Part shown: positions 26,451 to 36,823 of the stretch, piece after piece
How positions within the stretch are numbered: the stretch's first letter is position 1
Layout: the number at the start of each line of letters is the position of its first letter
Source: Desulfuromonadales bacterium
Lineage (GTDB): Bacteria; Desulfobacterota; Desulfuromonadia; Desulfuromonadales; BM103
Reading direction: 5' to 3'
Assembly: GCA_051305855.1 (NCBI GenBank)
Contig: JBPPMB010000044.1
Location: 4,686 to 68,685, forward strand
Length of the DNA: 64,000 bases
Translations under genes and position numbers: made by a program
The notes under the pieces: generated by a model
Seen by the model: only the letters and a program-made list of their open reading frames with translations
Databases searched by the model: none
What the model was told of the DNA's origin: nothing

Positions 26451-26480
26451 TTGACACATCTGCACGCACAGACGTATAAG
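26451..26480 (+). promoter_or_regulatory. Candidate sigma70 promoter of rplU-rpmA
   Basis: TTGACA (26451-26456), 18-nt spacer, TATAAG (26475-26480), preceded by an AT-rich UP-like tract. Confidence 0.55.
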
Positions 26481-26541
26481 TACCAGTTCCTGAGCGGACC
26501 AAAGTCCGTAATCTAAGGTACGAAAGCGAGGTGAACCGGCT

Positions 26542-26850
26542 ATGTACGCGGTCATTAAAACCGGAGGGAAGCAATACAAAGTTTCCGCAGGTGACCTTCT
26601 TAAGGTCGAAAAACTTGATGGTTTGGTGGGTGATACCATTGAACTGAACGATGTCCTCATGGTTGGCGGAGAAGAGGTTAAAATCGGAACACCTCTCTTA
26701 CCTAATGCGAAAGTCAGAGCGCAGATCGTAGAACAGGGTAAAGACAAAAAGATCCTGGTCTTTAAATCGAAGCGCCGCAAGAACTATCGCAAGAAGTACG
26801 GCCACCGTCAGCCTCTCACCCGTCTCAAGATCATGGATATTGAAGCTTAA
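26542..26850 (+). CDS. rplU: 50S ribosomal protein L21
   Basis: [14 protein letters not shown] ... [15 protein letters not shown]. Confidence 0.95.
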   Translation: MYAVIKTGGKQYKVSAGDLLKVEKLDGLVGDTIELNDVLMVGGEEVKIGTPLLPNAKVRAQIVEQGKDKKILVFKSKRRKNYRKKYGHRQPLTRLKIMDIEA

Positions 26851-26861
26851 GGAGTAAGATC

Positions 26862-27113
26862 ATGGCTCATAAAAAAGCTGGCGGCAGTTCTCGTAACGGT
26901 CGCGATAGCGCAGGCAAACGCCTCGGAGTCAAGCGTTTCGACGGCCAATTGGTGACAGCCGGATCCATTCTGGTTCGTCAGCGCGGCACGACCATTCATC
27001 CCGGCAACAACGTCGGTTGTGGCAAAGATTATACTCTCTTTGCCTTGATAGAAGGCAAGGTCAAGTTCGAGCGTCTCGGCAAGGATCGCAAGAAAGTCAG
27101 CGTCTACCTCTGA
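26862..27113 (+). CDS. rpmA: 50S ribosomal protein L27
   Basis: [16 protein letters not shown] ... [22 protein letters not shown]. Confidence 0.95.
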   Translation: MAHKKAGGSSRNGRDSAGKRLGVKRFDGQLVTAGSILVRQRGTTIHPGNNVGCGKDYTLFALIEGKVKFERLGKDRKKVSVYL

Positions 27114-27139
27114 GGCTAGACTCCTGAACAGTTAAAAAG

Positions 27140-27171
27140 CCCGAGGTTCTTTAGAGAGCTTCGGGTTTTTT
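27140..27171 (+). terminator. Intrinsic terminator after rpmA
   Basis: Stem CCCGAGG / CTTCGGG (7 bp, one G-U) with a 12-nt loop, followed by TTTTTT. An A-run lies upstream. Confidence 0.6.
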
Positions 27172-27312
27172 ATGTTAAACAATTAAGATGGCGTCTCAGC
27201 CATCCCATGAGTTTTTGCGAGTGCATCAATTAAAGAAGGTACACGCGGCGAGAAACGGGACGAGAGAAGACGCTTTTCCCGCCTCGCCCTTTGCGCTTAA
27301 CACTATTAAAAC

Positions 27313-28353
27313 ATGAAATTCATTGATGAGGTCAAAATACAAGCCAAGGCTGGCGATGGTGGTCGTGGTTGTCTCTCCTTTCTCCGTGAGAAGTTCGTGC
27401 CGCTTGGCGGCCCGGATGGCGGCGACGGCGGTCGGGGCGGGGATGTCCTGTTTGAAGTCGACATGGCCCTTTCGACCCTCCTCGACTTGCGCTACAAGCA
27501 CCATCTCCATGCCAAAAACGGCGCTCCGGGCCTGGGCAAGAACAAGCACGGCAAGAGCGGTGACGACCTGGTCATAAAAGTCCCGCCCGGTACCTTGGTC
27601 TACGATGACGAAACCGGGGAATTGCTTGCCGACCTGACCAAGGCCGACCAGGGTTTTCTCCTGCTTAAAGGCGGCCAAGGCGGTCGCGGCAATGCCCGTT
27701 TCCTCTCTTCGACCAATCGGGCTCCACGCCACACCCAGCCAGGAATGCCGGGAGAAGAGCGCACTCTGCGCCTGCAACTCAAACTGCTTGCCGACGTCGG
27801 CCTGATTGGTCTACCCAACGCCGGCAAGTCGACGCTGATCTCCTGTGTCTCCGCAGCCCGACCAAAGATTGCCGACTATCCTTTCACCACCCTGGTTCCG
27901 AATCTCGGCGTAATACGTTATGGCGACTTCCGCTCTTTTGTTATGGCCGACATACCCGGACTGATCGAAGGCGCCAGCGATGGCCAGGGCCTCGGGTCGC
28001 GTTTTTTGAGACATATCGAACGCACTGACCTCTTTCTCCATCTCGTCGATCTTTCCTATCTCCAGGAAGGCGACCCGATCGAGAACTTCGACAAGATCAA
28101 TCGAGAGCTCAGGCGCTACAGCCAGGAATTGAGCGAACGGCCCATGCTCGTGGTCTTTACCAAGCAAGACATAACCGAGGTCCGTGAACGGACTGAGGAG
28201 ATACGGTTAATCATTGAAGGTCGCGGCTTTCGAACGCTCTCCATCTCGGCCGTCACCAGGGAGGGTATTCCTGAGCTTGTGACAACGGCCGCCGGCGAAC
28301 TGGACCGTATGCGCCAACAGACCAAGCTTGACAGCTCTGCCGGAGAGAGTTAA
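27313..28353 (+). CDS. obg: GTPase Obg/CgtA
   Basis: MKFIDEVKIQAKAGDGGRGCLSFLREKF glycine-rich Obg fold. G1 motif GLPNAGKST and DIPGLIEGA. Confidence 0.95.
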   Translation: MKFIDEVKIQAKAGDGGRGCLSFLREKFVPLGGPDGGDGGRGGDVLFEVDMALSTLLDLRYKHHLHAKNGAPGLGKNKHGKSGDDLVIKVPPGTLVYDDETGELLADLTKADQGFLLLKGGQGGRGNARFLSSTNRAPRHTQPGMPGEERTLRLQLKLLADVGLIGLPNAGKSTLISCVSAARPKIADYPFTTLVPNLGVIRYGDFRSFVMADIPGLIEGASDGQGLGSRFLRHIERTDLFLHLVDLSYLQEGDPIENFDKINRELRRYSQELSERPMLVVFTKQDITEVRERTEEIRLIIEGRGFRTLSISAVTREGIPELVTTAAGELDRMRQQTKLDSSAGES

Positions 28354-28403
28354 TATTTTACAGTATTTTCAATAGCTTCCACAGACAGGTCATTGTAAAG
28401 ACA

Positions 28404-29543
28404 ATGCGTACAATCCTTTTGTCACATGTTAAACGAGTCGTCATCAAGATTGGCAGCGGTGTCATTTCCAACAGTGACGGCCTCGATCTTGAGCGAATTG
28501 CAATCCTCTGCCAAGATGTCCACAAACTGCGCCAACGGGGATACGAGGTCATCCTGGTTTCTTCGGGAGCTGTCGCAGCCGGCAGGGCAGACCTGGGAAT
28601 AGTCGGCAAGCCCCGTAGTATTCCTCTCCCGCTCAAACAGGCCGCAGCAGCTATCGGCCAGAGCCGCTTGATGCGTGCCTACAAAGATGCTTTGCGCGAG
28701 CATGGCCTGAAGGCAGCCCAGATTCTCTTGACGCGTGACGACCTCGCCAATCGACGCCGCTATCTGAATGCGCGCAACACTTTGATGACACTTCTCGAAT
28801 ATGACATAGTGCCAATCATCAACGAAAACGACACTGTCGTGGTTGACGAAATCCGGTTCGGCGATAACGACAATCTTTCGGCGATGACCACAAGTCTGGT
28901 TGAAGCCCAGCTTCTGGTCATACTCTCTGATGTGGACGGGCTGTATAACAAAGACCCGAGACACAGCCCCTCTGCCGTGCTGATTCCCGAAGTTGAACGC
29001 ATCACCCCGGAGATTGAAGCCATGGCCGGCCTCCTGGGAACGGAACTCGGCACCGGCGGTATGACGACCAAGCTGAAAGCCGCCAAGCGCGCCACCCTGT
29101 CCGGTGCCGGCACGGCCATTATCAATGGTCGCACACCGCACAACCTGCTCTATCTCTTTGATGGCCATGAACTCGGAACATATTTCCTGCCGGCACGTGA
29201 CCCGATGGCTGCCCGCAAACACTGGATCGCCTTTACCAAAAAACCAAAGGGCCGGCTGATTTTGGACGATGGCGCTTACAAGGCCGTGGCCGACCGCGGC
29301 AAAAGCCTGCTGCCATCGGGAATCCATAAACTTGACGGCAGTTTCGAGCGCGGTGACGCGGTACGGCTCTGTGATGCCGAGGGCAATGAGTTTGCCAAGG
29401 GTGTAACCAATTACACCTCGGCGGAGTTGAACCGCATCATGGGCAAAAAGACCAAAGAAATTGAATTGATTCTCGGCTACCAGTACGGAGACGAGGTTGT
29501 GCATCGCGACAACATGGTGATCGACAACAACGACACAGAGTGA
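28404..29543 (+). CDS. proB: Glutamate 5-kinase
   Basis: VIKIGSGVI, VSSGAVAAG, and the C-terminal PUA domain (GRLILDDGA...). Confidence 0.95.
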   Translation: MRTILLSHVKRVVIKIGSGVISNSDGLDLERIAILCQDVHKLRQRGYEVILVSSGAVAAGRADLGIVGKPRSIPLPLKQAAAAIGQSRLMRAYKDALREHGLKAAQILLTRDDLANRRRYLNARNTLMTLLEYDIVPIINENDTVVVDEIRFGDNDNLSAMTTSLVEAQLLVILSDVDGLYNKDPRHSPSAVLIPEVERITPEIEAMAGLLGTELGTGGMTTKLKAAKRATLSGAGTAIINGRTPHNLLYLFDGHELGTYFLPARDPMAARKHWIAFTKKPKGRLILDDGAYKAVADRGKSLLPSGIHKLDGSFERGDAVRLCDAEGNEFAKGVTNYTSAELNRIMGKKTKEIELILGYQYGDEVVHRDNMVIDNNDTE

Positions 29544-29611
29544 GGCGCGCAGGACTCGCGGTTCTCTCTAACCTGCCCCTGCGGCCATTGGAGACTTGAA
29601 GGAGCTTAACG

Positions 29612-30868
29612 ATGAGCGTCGCTGAACAGATGCTGAAGATAGCACGGGATGCCAAGGCGGCATCCCAGACCCTGGCCAGCCTTTCTTCTGCAATCAAGAA
29701 CGAGTTGCTGCAATGTATGGCTCAAAGCCTTCTGGACCATACCGAAGAGCTGATTGAATCCAACGAGAAAGACCTGGATGCCGCCCGGGAAGCAGACCTT
29801 GCCCCGGCCATGGTCGATCGCCTGACTCTCGATGCCCAACGTATCCGCGCCATGGCTGACGGTTTGCGCGAACTAGCCGAACTGCCGGATCCGGTCGGCG
29901 AGGTCACCAGTATGTGGCGGCGCCCCAATGATCTGCAAATCGGCCGTATGCGGATACCACTGGGGGTGATCGGCATCGTTTACGAGTCACGCCCCAACGT
30001 TACCGCTGATGCTGCAGGGCTCTGTCTGAAGAGCGGCAATGCCGTGATTCTGCGCGGTGGCAAAGAGGCAATTCACTCCAATCTGGCGATCGGCAAGATT
30101 ATTAAAAGTGAACTGGAGCGGATGAGACTGCCTGCCGCAGCCGTGCAGGTCATTGAAACGACGGACCGGGCTGCTATTCTCGAGCTGCTTAAACGGGAAG
30201 AGGAGATCGACCTGATTATCCCGCGCGGCGGCGAGGGGTTGATCCGTTTCGTCAGCGAGAATTCACGGATTCCTGTCATCAAGCACTACAAGGGAGTTTG
30301 TCACACCTTCGTCGATGCCAGTGCCGACTACGAGCAGGCGGAAAAGATCTGCATCAATGCCAAGGTTCAGCGACCCGGGGTCTGCAATGCCATGGAAACC
30401 CTGCTGATTCACCAGGATATTGCGGAAACCTTCGTACCACGCATCACCGCAGCCATGCGAACCCATGGCGTGGAACTGCGCGGCTGCGAAGCCGTTCGTG
30501 AATTCGCTGTTGAAGTCTTGCCGGCCACAGAAGAGGACTGGTACGCTGAGTATCTCGATTTAATCCTTGCCATAAAGGTTGTCGAGAACCTCAACGGGGC
30601 CATTGAACACATTCGCAAGTATGGATCTTTGCACACTGAAGTTATCGTCACCCGCGACTACGAGAACTCGCAGCGCTTTTTGCGCGAAATTAATTCGAGC
30701 GTCGTCATGGTGAACGCCTCATCACGCTTTTCCGATGGCAACCAGTTCGGCCTCGGCGCGGAAATCGGCATTTCCACCACAAAACTGCATGCGTTCGGTC
30801 CCATGGGCCTGGAAGACCTGACCACACGCAAGTTCATAGTGCTCGGCAGTGGCCAGGTTCGTACTTAA
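29612..30868 (+). CDS. proA: Glutamate-5-semialdehyde dehydrogenase (gamma-glutamyl phosphate reductase)
   Basis: 418 aa. YESRPNVT, ILRGGKEA, PGVCNAMETLL and HTEVIVT motifs. Confidence 0.95.
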   Translation: MSVAEQMLKIARDAKAASQTLASLSSAIKNELLQCMAQSLLDHTEELIESNEKDLDAAREADLAPAMVDRLTLDAQRIRAMADGLRELAELPDPVGEVTSMWRRPNDLQIGRMRIPLGVIGIVYESRPNVTADAAGLCLKSGNAVILRGGKEAIHSNLAIGKIIKSELERMRLPAAAVQVIETTDRAAILELLKREEEIDLIIPRGGEGLIRFVSENSRIPVIKHYKGVCHTFVDASADYEQAEKICINAKVQRPGVCNAMETLLIHQDIAETFVPRITAAMRTHGVELRGCEAVREFAVEVLPATEEDWYAEYLDLILAIKVVENLNGAIEHIRKYGSLHTEVIVTRDYENSQRFLREINSSVVMVNASSRFSDGNQFGLGAEIGISTTKLHAFGPMGLEDLTTRKFIVLGSGQVRT

Positions 30869-30881
30869 CGGAACAGACACT

Positions 30882-31535
30882 ATGAAAACCGGCATCCTCG
30901 GCGGCACATTCAACCCGATCCATTTTGCTCATCTGCGCATAGCCGAAGAGGTTCAGCAAGCGTGTGATCTCGACAGGCTGCTTTTTGTCCCGGCTGCCGA
31001 GCCGCCACACAAGGATGTTGCAGATCAGGTTTCATTCTCGCATCGACTGGCGATGGTTCATGCGGCGATCCGTGACAATCCCAGATTCCAGGTCTCCGAC
31101 CTCGAAATCCGGCGCCGCGGCAAAAGCTTCTCCGTTGACACTCTCGAGATTCTGCGCAAGGAAGATCCTCACGGAGAGCTTTATTTCATCATCGGCCTTG
31201 ACTCATATCGTGACATCGCTTCCTGGAAAGATTTCACCCGGATTTTCAGCCTCTGCCATCTGGTGGTGATGACCCGCCCCGGCGTGCGTGGAGGCGACCC
31301 ACTCGGCCCCCTCCCCGTTGCGGCCCGCGAAGACTTCTGCTACGATGGTAAAAGTGAAAAGATTCAGCACAAATCGGGCAACAACTTGATTTTTCTAAAG
31401 GAAATTTATCTGGACATCTCTTCGACCGAGATTCGTCGCATGTTGAGCAACGGCCAGTCGATCCGCCACCTGGTTGCTCCTGCAGTCGCAGATTACATTA
31501 ATGAGCATCGTCTCTACCAAACAACGATAAATTAA
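30882..31535 (+). CDS. nadD: Nicotinate-nucleotide adenylyltransferase
   Basis: GILGGTFNPIHFAHL (H/TxGH motif) and ISSTEIR. I prefer the start at 30882 over 30849. Confidence 0.9.
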   Translation: MKTGILGGTFNPIHFAHLRIAEEVQQACDLDRLLFVPAAEPPHKDVADQVSFSHRLAMVHAAIRDNPRFQVSDLEIRRRGKSFSVDTLEILRKEDPHGELYFIIGLDSYRDIASWKDFTRIFSLCHLVVMTRPGVRGGDPLGPLPVAAREDFCYDGKSEKIQHKSGNNLIFLKEIYLDISSTEIRRMLSNGQSIRHLVAPAVADYINEHRLYQTTIN

Positions 31536-31549
31536 AGGGAGTCAGTGAT

Positions 31550-31915
31550 TTGCAATCGCAAGACCGCGCGCAAAAATGCGCCGCCTATGTCCTCGACAAA
31601 AAGGCTTTTAACGTCCGCATACTGGACGTTCGCAAGATTTCATCATTAACAGATTTTCTCGTACTCGCGTCCGGAAGTTCAGACCGTCAGGTCAAAGCAG
31701 CGGCGGAATCTGTTCATCTTGGCCTGAAAAAAGAGCATGACACCATGCCGATCGGTATCGAAGGACTCAACGAAGGCCGCTGGGTACTGATCGACTACGG
31801 TGATGTCATGGTTCACGTTTTCCACGAACCGGTCCGGCTCTTTTACGATCTGGACGGCCTCTGGTGTGATGCCCAGGAGATCGAGATACTGGATGAAGCA
31901 GCGGAAACAGCTTAA
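31550..31915 (+). CDS. rsfS: Ribosome silencing factor RsfS (Iojap family)
   Basis: 121 aa. DFLVLASGSSDRQVKA ... WVLIDYGDVMVHVF. Non-ATG (TTG) start. Confidence 0.9.
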   Translation: MQSQDRAQKCAAYVLDKKAFNVRILDVRKISSLTDFLVLASGSSDRQVKAAAESVHLGLKKEHDTMPIGIEGLNEGRWVLIDYGDVMVHVFHEPVRLFYDLDGLWCDAQEIEILDEAAETA

Positions 31916-31923
31916 CCCGCCTC

Positions 31924-32394
31924 ATGAGAGTGAACCTGCTCTGCGTCGGACGCCTGACCCTGTCTTATCTGAATGATGGCTGCGCCGAATTTGCCGAACG
32001 GCTCAAGCGCTACCTGCCCCTCTCAATCACTGAGATCAAGGAACATAAAACCGGTCGCAAGCAAGACCTGAAGCGTATCATAGCGACTGAGGGGGAAAAT
32101 CTCGAGCAGCGCATTCCGGCAGGGACCTTTGTTATCGCCCTGGACCAGAGTGGCAAGAGTTTGAGCTCTGAGCAACTGGCCGAGCTTATGAGCGACCATA
32201 TGGTGCGCAGCATTCCGGAATGGACCCTGCTGATCGGTGGCCCTTACGGGCTGAGCGAAACATTGCGAAAACGTGCAGACCTGGTCCTTTCCCTGTCAGC
32301 CATGACTCTGACTCACCAGATGGCACGGCTGTTATTGCTCGAGCAACTCTATAGATGCTGTACGATTATACGCAATGAGCCATATCACCATTGA
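31924..32394 (+). CDS. rlmH: 23S rRNA (pseudouridine1915-N3)-methyltransferase RlmH
   Basis: 156 aa SPOUT fold. LLIGGPYGL ... LSLSAMTLTHQMAR. Confidence 0.9.
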   Translation: MRVNLLCVGRLTLSYLNDGCAEFAERLKRYLPLSITEIKEHKTGRKQDLKRIIATEGENLEQRIPAGTFVIALDQSGKSLSSEQLAELMSDHMVRSIPEWTLLIGGPYGLSETLRKRADLVLSLSAMTLTHQMARLLLLEQLYRCCTIIRNEPYHH

Positions 32395-32531
32395 AGGCTG
32401 CGTTTTTGTGCTTCAATGGAGAGAAACCAGTACTTTCCGGGTGATTTTTTCTTCGCCTGAAACCCTACTTTTGTGGTTAACTGCCTAAATAATTTTTTGC
32501 ATGAAATTATTTAGATATCAAGGAGAGTGGC

Positions 32532-32882
32532 ATGAGTGGACGGTTTGACCTGATCAAGGCGCTGTTGATTAAAGAGCGCCAGGGCCTGCTGAAAGAAGTC
32601 AGCGATTCTTACGAGACCTGCCGTGAGATAGGACAGGATGGCGTTCCGGACATCGGAGACATGTCATCCGTAGCTTACAGTCGTGACGTTCTGTTTAACG
32701 TCAGCGAAACCAAACGCCAGCGTATCCATGACATAAACGTGGCTTTGACCCAGATTGAAAAAGGGGAATACGGCATCTGCATGGGTTGTGGCGAAGAAAT
32801 TTCACCGCGCCGCATGGAAGTTCGACCTTTTTCACGTTATTGTATTGACTGTAAAACCGATATCGAAAAATTTGGGGAGTAA
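32532..32882 (+). CDS. DksA/TraR-family C4 zinc-finger protein
   Basis: CMGCGEEISPRRMEVRPFSRYCIDC four-Cys finger after a coiled-coil region. Confidence 0.8.
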   Translation: MSGRFDLIKALLIKERQGLLKEVSDSYETCREIGQDGVPDIGDMSSVAYSRDVLFNVSETKRQRIHDINVALTQIEKGEYGICMGCGEEISPRRMEVRPFSRYCIDCKTDIEKFGE

Positions 32883-32924
32883 CCAACCCCTGACGCTTGA
32901 CGGGGTAAATCCCGGGAGGAATCA

Positions 32925-34307
32925 ATGACATTCATGGCCGTAATTTTGCTGTTTATCTTCTTTGTTCTGTTTTTCCTTTATTTCTGGGGTCTCAATCCGC
33001 AGATGGTAACGATTTTTTACCTGCCTGAACAAAGCCTGACCCATCCGGCGGCGATAATCGTGATCAGCTGTATCGTTATTGGTCTGATTCTTGGTTTCGG
33101 TGCCCACCTTTACAGCACTGCGGTACATTGGATGAGACACTGGACCCGGGATCGTTCTGAGAAGAAACAGCGCGAAATCGGCCTTATCTATCGCGAGGGC
33201 GTCGGCCGACTCCTCTCCGGCGACCTGAAAAAAGCCCGAGTCCTGCTCAATAAAGCCCTCGATCGCGACCCAAAACGGGTTGACATCCTGATTGCCCTGG
33301 CCAGTCTTGCCAGCCAGGAAGGCAATCCATTAGAAGGTCTGGAATGTCTGCGTAAAGCCAGCGAGATCGAGCCAAAAAGCATGGAAGTGCTTTTCAAAAC
33401 CGCGGCCATGCAGGAAGAGCTCGGAAAAGATGAAGAGGCCATAGTGTCTTACCAGGCCTTGATCGCGCTGGAAAAAAACAATCGCAAAGCGTTGCGTCAC
33501 CTGCGGGATCTTTACATCAAGCACAACAGCTGGTCGGAGGCCCTGGAGAGTCAACGGCAGGTTATTAAAGCCGGACCCGGTGCCAACCGCGTCGCCGCAG
33601 AGAAGGAGCTACTTCTCTACCTGCGTTATGAAGTGGCCCGTCAGGCAATCAACGACAACTCTCCCGCCGACGCCAAATCCGAGTTAAAGGACATTCTGCG
33701 CCAAAAAACCGATTTTACCCCGGCTCAGGTTTCACTCGGCGATGCTTATGCCGCCACAAACCGAGGCGACGATGCCGTTAAAACCTGGCAGGAAGGCTAT
33801 AAGAAACAGGGTAAAAGCGTGTTTTTGGAGCGCCTGGAAGCTTATTTCATGAAGCGTGAAGACCCCTCTTCGCTGCTCAATTTCTTCCGCAGCCAGGTTC
33901 TCGAGCAGGGGGATGACCTGATTTTCCGCCTCTTCTACGGAAAGCTCTGCCTGCGCCTGGAAATGATTGATGAAGCCAAAGAGCAGCTGCAGGCGGTGGA
34001 AAGCTCCGGCGTCGATTCCTCACAACTGCACCTGCTGCTGGCGGAGACCTATCGCCGCAGCCGTGAACTAGAACAAGCTATCAATGAGTACCAGAAGGCG
34101 CTGGGTATCTCCAAGCGTCTTCATCTCACCTTCGTCTGTGAACAATGCCAGAGCATTTCCTCTGAGTGGAACAGCCGCTGTCCTTCATGCGGAGAGTGGA
34201 ATACGATCAGCCTGATTGACCGCAAGGTTATCCAGGATGCCCGCCCGCTTGCGCTGGACAAGATGATCATTCATCATGGCGAGCAAAAAGAATGGCAAGG
34301 AGCATGA
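32925..34307 (+). CDS. lapB: LapB/YciM-like TPR protein with LapA-like two-TM N-terminus and C-terminal rubredoxin-type zinc site
   Basis: Two N-terminal hydrophobic helices and multiple TPR-like repeats. C-terminal CEQCQ...CPSCGEW metal site as in LapB. Confidence 0.7.
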   Translation: MTFMAVILLFIFFVLFFLYFWGLNPQMVTIFYLPEQSLTHPAAIIVISCIVIGLILGFGAHLYSTAVHWMRHWTRDRSEKKQREIGLIYREGVGRLLSGDLKKARVLLNKALDRDPKRVDILIALASLASQEGNPLEGLECLRKASEIEPKSMEVLFKTAAMQEELGKDEEAIVSYQALIALEKNNRKALRHLRDLYIKHNSWSEALESQRQVIKAGPGANRVAAEKELLLYLRYEVARQAINDNSPADAKSELKDILRQKTDFTPAQVSLGDAYAATNRGDDAVKTWQEGYKKQGKSVFLERLEAYFMKREDPSSLLNFFRSQVLEQGDDLIFRLFYGKLCLRLEMIDEAKEQLQAVESSGVDSSQLHLLLAETYRRSRELEQAINEYQKALGISKRLHLTFVCEQCQSISSEWNSRCPSCGEWNTISLIDRKVIQDARPLALDKMIIHHGEQKEWQGA

Positions 34308-35833
34308 AGAGACCTGTTGCACTAATTATCCTTGACGGTTGGGGCCTCAGCCCGAGTTGCGAGAACAATGCCGTTTGCCAGGCGCACACCCCGAATCTCG
34401 ACAGGCTCAGCAAAAGCTTCCCGACATCTTCGCTGGAGGCCTCCGGTCTGAATGTCGGCTTGCCCGAAGGGCAGATGGGTAATTCGGAAGTCGGACATCT
34501 AAACATCGGTGCCGGTCGCATAGTTTACCAGGAGCTGACCCGTATCAGCCTCAGTATCGAAGAGGGTGATTTCTTTGCCAACCCGACCCTCATCGAAACC
34601 TTGAGGTGTATTCGCAACGCCGGTGGCAAACTGCACTTGATGGGCCTTTTGTCGGACGGCGGTGTCCATTCCCACAACAGCCATCTCTACGCCCTGATTG
34701 CGCTTGCAAAACGTGAGGGAGTTGAAGCATGCGTCCACGCCTTCATGGACGGACGTGACACCCCTCCGCAGAGTGGCGCCGCCTACCTCGAACAGCTCGA
34801 AGTCGAGATGACGCGCCTGGGACATGGCCGACTGGCAACGGTAATCGGCCGCTACTATGCCATGGACCGCGACAATCGCTGGGATCGCGTGAAGCGGGCC
34901 TGGCAGGCGATAGCTCTGGGAGATGGACAACCGGCGGCCTCGAGCGCTGCGGCAATCCAGGCCGCCTATGCCGCCGGCCAGAACGACGAATTTATCGAAC
35001 CACGGGTCATCCAGCGGGACGGCTTGCCGGTTGGCCGCATTAACGACAAGGATGGCATCATCTTTTTTAATTTCCGCGCCGACCGGGCCAGAGAGATCAC
35101 CCGCGCCTTTACCCAAGCGGATTTCGCCGCCTTCGAAAGGCCCGAAGTTCCGCAACTCTCGGCATTTGTCAGCCTGACTGAATACGACGAGACCTTTAAC
35201 CTGCCGGCGGCCTTTGCCGCTGCAAGCCTTCCCAGAATCCTGGGAGAGGTTGTCGCAGATGCCGGACTGCGCCAGTTGCGGATCGCGGAAACCGAAAAAT
35301 ATGCCCACGTCACCTTCTTCTTCAACGGCGGCATAGAAACGCCTTTTGCCAACGAAGATCGCGTACTTATCCCGTCACCCAAGGATGTCGCCACCTATGA
35401 CCAGAAACCGGCCATGAGTGCCATCGAGGTAACCGATGAAGTGATCCGTCGCATCCGGCAGGGCACCTATGACCTGATTATCCTGAACTTTGCCAACCCT
35501 GACATGGTTGGCCACACCGGCGTGCTCGCAGCGGCTATCTCTGCCATGCAAACGGTCGATAGTTGCACCGGACGCGTCGTCGACGCCCTGCTTGATGCCG
35601 GTGGCTGCGCTCTGATTACAGCCGATCACGGCAACTGTGAAAAAATGGTCGATGTCAACGGTTCGCCGCATACCGCACACACAGCCAACCGGGTGCCATT
35701 AATCTTTGTGGATCCGGACCACTGCCATGCCAATCTGCAGCCGGGCATTCTCGCCGACATAGCACCCACCATACTCAACCTGATGGGCCTCGCCGTGCCG
35801 GCGGAAATGACAGGGAAAAACCTGATAAGCTAG
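34292..35833 (+). CDS. gpmI: 2,3-bisphosphoglycerate-independent phosphoglycerate mutase
   Basis: [22 protein letters not shown], and ADHGNCE near the C-terminus. Confidence 0.95.
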   Translation: MARSMKRPVALIILDGWGLSPSCENNAVCQAHTPNLDRLSKSFPTSSLEASGLNVGLPEGQMGNSEVGHLNIGAGRIVYQELTRISLSIEEGDFFANPTLIETLRCIRNAGGKLHLMGLLSDGGVHSHNSHLYALIALAKREGVEACVHAFMDGRDTPPQSGAAYLEQLEVEMTRLGHGRLATVIGRYYAMDRDNRWDRVKRAWQAIALGDGQPAASSAAAIQAAYAAGQNDEFIEPRVIQRDGLPVGRINDKDGIIFFNFRADRAREITRAFTQADFAAFERPEVPQLSAFVSLTEYDETFNLPAAFAAASLPRILGEVVADAGLRQLRIAETEKYAHVTFFFNGGIETPFANEDRVLIPSPKDVATYDQKPAMSAIEVTDEVIRRIRQGTYDLIILNFANPDMVGHTGVLAAAISAMQTVDSCTGRVVDALLDAGGCALITADHGNCEKMVDVNGSPHTAHTANRVPLIFVDPDHCHANLQPGILADIAPTILNLMGLAVPAEMTGKNLIS

Positions 35834-36032
35834 CATCCATCCGGAAACTCCAGATTGTTAAAAACAGTTTTCGATCTGGAAACGAGCAATTTTTCGCAAG
35901 GTCAAGGGATCAAGGATGTGAGCCGAGGCGTAGTCCTTTACGCCGTACAATCACATCCGTCGATTGACGCAGAGATTGCAGAAAAGGGCCGTTTCCGAAC
36001 GAAAACTAGCGATATCACTGGAGGGGATATCC

Positions 36033-36758
36033 ATGTTGACACGTTTTCGCCTGGCACTGGCGGCGAGCATCGACCTGCTGCTGCCGCCAGCATGCCTGCT
36101 CTGTGGAGAGTTGCTTCCGGCAGCTCTTGACACCCGGTTTCTCTGTCGGAGCTGCCTGGCAGCCATGCCCCCCTTGGATCAGGCGCATTGCCGTTGTTGT
36201 GCTCAGCCTTTCCCGAATACCATCTCAAGCCATCTCTGCGGCACCTGCCTGAAAAGGCCTCCATCTTTCACAATTGTCCGTGCCGCCGGCTTTTACCAGG
36301 GCAGCCTCAAGGAGGCTGTGCACAAACTGAAATACCGCAACCAGCTCAGCCTGGCAAAACCGCTCGGCCAACTCCTCGGCAAAAGGGCCATTGCAGAAGC
36401 GAATGACTTTACTCCCGACCGTATCATACCGGTGCCGCTGCATCCCAAACGTTTAAGACAGCGCGGCTACAACCAGGCCCTCGAAGTGGCCCGACCGATC
36501 GCTCGACAACTGGTCCTCCCTCTCGATTCCTCTCTCTTGCAGCGTACCCGAAACACACCGCAGCAGCAGGGTTTGTCAGCGATCGAACGCAGAAGCAATC
36601 TGCGCAACGCATTTGCCCTCACCGCAAAAGCAACGTCTCTCAGGATTCTGCTGGTCGATGATGTCATGACCACCGGCGAGACAGTGCGCGAATGCTGTCG
36701 AACTCTTCTGGCCGGCGGTGTTGAGGAGGTTCAGGTTGCTGTCGTTGGCCGAGCCTGA
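36033..36758 (+). CDS. comF: ComF-family protein (phosphoribosyltransferase domain)
   Basis: N-terminal Cys pairs (CLLCG ... CRSC ... CxxC ... CGTC). C-terminal ILLVDDVMTTGET PRTase motif. I prefer the start at 36033 (GGAGGGG ribosome-binding site). Confidence 0.8.
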   Translation: MLTRFRLALAASIDLLLPPACLLCGELLPAALDTRFLCRSCLAAMPPLDQAHCRCCAQPFPNTISSHLCGTCLKRPPSFTIVRAAGFYQGSLKEAVHKLKYRNQLSLAKPLGQLLGKRAIAEANDFTPDRIIPVPLHPKRLRQRGYNQALEVARPIARQLVLPLDSSLLQRTRNTPQQQGLSAIERRSNLRNAFALTAKATSLRILLVDDVMTTGETVRECCRTLLAGGVEEVQVAVVGRA

Positions 36759-36823
36759 CCAGCAAATATTGTGCTTATTCAGGTCTTTGTATAGTATGGA
36801 ATGTATATGCACGGAGATCTTGC

